Shown here: positions 62,549 through 64,000 of the stretch, piece after piece
Layout of the letters: each line of letters begins with the position of its first letter
How positions within the stretch are numbered: position 1 is the stretch's first letter
From: Candidatus Stackebrandtia excrementipullorum
GTDB lineage: Bacteria > Actinomycetota > Actinomycetes > Mycobacteriales > Micromonosporaceae
NCBI GenBank assembly: GCA_019113825.1
Contig: DXGR01000092.1
Span: forward strand, 7,978 to 71,977
DNA: 64,000 nucleotides
Reading direction: 5' to 3'
The notes under the pieces: generated by a model
The model's database searches: none
What the model was told of the DNA's origin: nothing
The model's input: only the letters and a program-made list of their open reading frames with translations
Translations under genes and position numbers: made by a program

Positions 62549-64000
62549 AGCGTGGCTCTCGATCTGTTTGAGTCAGTGGAGGCAGGGCGTTTGGCGGCCA
62601 GGCCCCGGGCGTATGCCGCGTAGGTGGCCCCCACGGCGTCCGGGTCTCTGAACTCGCCGCCGGTTTGAGGTGTCGTGTTGGGAGTGATCTGGCCGGGCAC
62701 CAGCTGCGCCATCGGTACCCGTGTCGGCAGTTGGCCGTCGGGAACCGCACGAGGGGGCAGTGTTGCCTGTGCCGATGCGGGATCGGGCCGATCCTGCATC
62801 GGTTCACCGGATCGATGCCGTGTCGGATCGGCCGCACCGGAGCGCCGCTGGCGCGGAATCCGGGACGTCGAATCATCGACATCGGTCCAATCGAATTGGA
62901 CGATCGGCATCTCCATGGTGTCGTCCAAGTGCGACGACTCCCTTGTAGTTGGACGATTCTCCGTGATCGCCGCCGGTGCCGGCGGAATGGCGGGCCTAGG
63001 CTTCCGCTTCTTCTGCCGATCCGACTTCTGGAACAGCGGCGCCTTCTTCGGCGGTTCGATCGGCCGGTGTTTGACACCCATCTTGTCGGGCGCCTCCGCC
63101 AACAACGCCGCCGGAACGGTCACCTCGGCGATCGTTCCACCGTTCTGGCCCGGCCGCAACTGCACCCGGATGCCCCGGCGCGCAGCAATGTGCCCGACCA
63201 CCGTCAGCCCCATGGAACGTACGGCCTCCAAGTCCAGAGGCGGCCGCGCCATCAAACGCTCGTTGATCGCATCCACCTGCTCGGGAGGCATACCGATGCC
63301 CTCGTCCTTGATCTGGACGATCAGTCGGTCGGCCAACAGGCGAGCGGTCACCTGGATCTGTGGCTTGGAGTAGCGGGTGGCGTTGTCCATCAACTCCGCC
63401 AGCAACTTCACCACGTCGTCCACGGCGTCCGCGCGAATCGCAACCCCCTCGTCGACCATGCCAACGTCGACACGCGTGTACTGCTCGATCTGTCCTCCGG
63501 CGGCGGTCAACACGCCCCCCACGGGCTCGTCGCCGGATCGGACCTTCGCCGGTGATGCTCCACCCAGCACCAACAACGAGTCATTCGATCGTGCAAGCAG
63601 CGTGACCAGGTGGTCGAGCGCAAACAGGCGTTCAAGCCGTTCCGGGTCCAATTCGCTGCGTTCGGCCTCGTCCAACGCGGCCGTCAAACGACCCGTCAGC
63701 GAGTGTCCTCGTCGCGCCAGGTTGACGAAAATCGCACCGATGTGGACACGCAGCAATGCCTGCTGCGCCGCCACACGCACCGCTTCACGGTGAACCTGGT
63801 TGAATGCGGCACCCACCTCTGCGATCTCGTCCTGACCGCGTACCTCCACCGGAGGTGTCATACCGTCGGCGAACTGTTCGGGAGTCAGTTCACCGAGAAC
63901 CTCGTGGTCGTCAAACCGTGCCACGGCTTCGGGAAGGTCCTTTTGAGCCACCCGGTGAGCGGCATCACGCATCCGCCGGAGACCGCGCACGACCGGGCGC
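62545..64000 (-). CDS. Conservon CvnA-like sensor histidine kinase (5' end outside window)
   Basis: HAMP, FVNLARR, LF.LDHL, AELMDNATRYS, DEGIGM, MGL.VV, terminal RDPDAV...A.YARG tail. Confidence 0.92.
   Translation of the reverse strand, partial: RPVVRGLRRMRDAAHRVAQKDLPEAVARFDDHEVLGELTPEQFADGMTPPVEVRGQDEIAEVGAAFNQVHREAVRVAAQQALLRVHIGAIFVNLARRGHSLTGRLTAALDEAERSELDPERLERLFALDHLVTLLARSNDSLLVLGGASPAKVRSGDEPVGGVLTAAGGQIEQYTRVDVGMVDEGVAIRADAVDDVVKLLAELMDNATRYSKPQIQVTARLLADRLIVQIKDEGIGMPPEQVDAINERLMARPPLDLEAVRSMGLTVVGHIAARRGIRVQLRPGQNGGTIAEVTVPAALLAEAPDKMGVKHRPIEPPKKAPLFQKSDRQKKRKPRPAIPPAPAAITENRPTTRESSHLDDTMEMPIVQFDWTDVDDSTSRIPRQRRSGAADPTRHRSGEPMQDRPDPASAQATLPPRAVPDGQLPTRVPMAQLVPGQITPNTTPQTGGEFRDPDAVGATYAAYARGLAAKRPASTDSNRSRATL

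Noticed and set aside
1-64000. Many long overlapping or antisense ORFs in the track (e.g. 1447-2385, 7471-8562, 19735-21228, 33920-34906, 58976-60304)
   Set aside because: Shadow frames of real genes in high-GC DNA: Arg/Pro/Gly-rich or mirror-codon text, with no motifs or RBS.
1-64000. CRISPR arrays, IS elements, prophage, rRNA or tRNA genes
   Set aside because: No regularly spaced repeats, transposase or integrase motifs, phage structural genes or cloverleaf/rRNA signatures were noticed on manual reading; a tRNAscan/Infernal run would be the definitive check.

Overview
High-GC (roughly two-thirds G+C by eye) actinomycete chromosomal segment. The gene content suggests a Micromonosporales/Glycomycetales-type soil actinomycete (inference). 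I saw no rRNA, tRNA, CRISPR array, transposase or integrase. Conserved core blocks: valS-folC-DUF4233; meaB-thiolase-methylmalonyl-CoA epimerase; manA-SIS-Trm112-manB-DUF3499-zincin-whiB-cofD-cofE/fbiB-manC-GT4; cbs-thiolase. Accessory genes lie between them: a SARP regulator with a TPR/S41 peptidase, two M23 peptidases, two DUF1524-type secreted nucleases, an MFS/ROK pair, a SigB/SigF-type stress island (CYP152, degenerate LLM protein, sigma factor, ANTAR-GAF-PP2C-like protein, LigC, LigD-Pol), a tandem-Nudix protein, ispH with a polyprenyl synthase, a pirin, a Liv-type ABC transporter and a truncated conservon. The most interesting unannotated signals are: (1) an orphan 56-aa leader/core peptide with 10 Cys between folC and DUF4233; (2) a near-consensus promoter driving an ORF-less, rod-shaped candidate ncRNA between mce and manA; (3) a cluster of DnaA boxes in an ordinary intergenic gap at about 35.0 kb; (4) a decayed family 2B encapsulin shell gene directly upstream of its typical polyprenyl-transferase cargo gene and ispH. 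All family assignments come from motifs read by eye and recalled family knowledge; no database searches were run. Start codons were moved from the ORF track where RBS or homology logic supported it.
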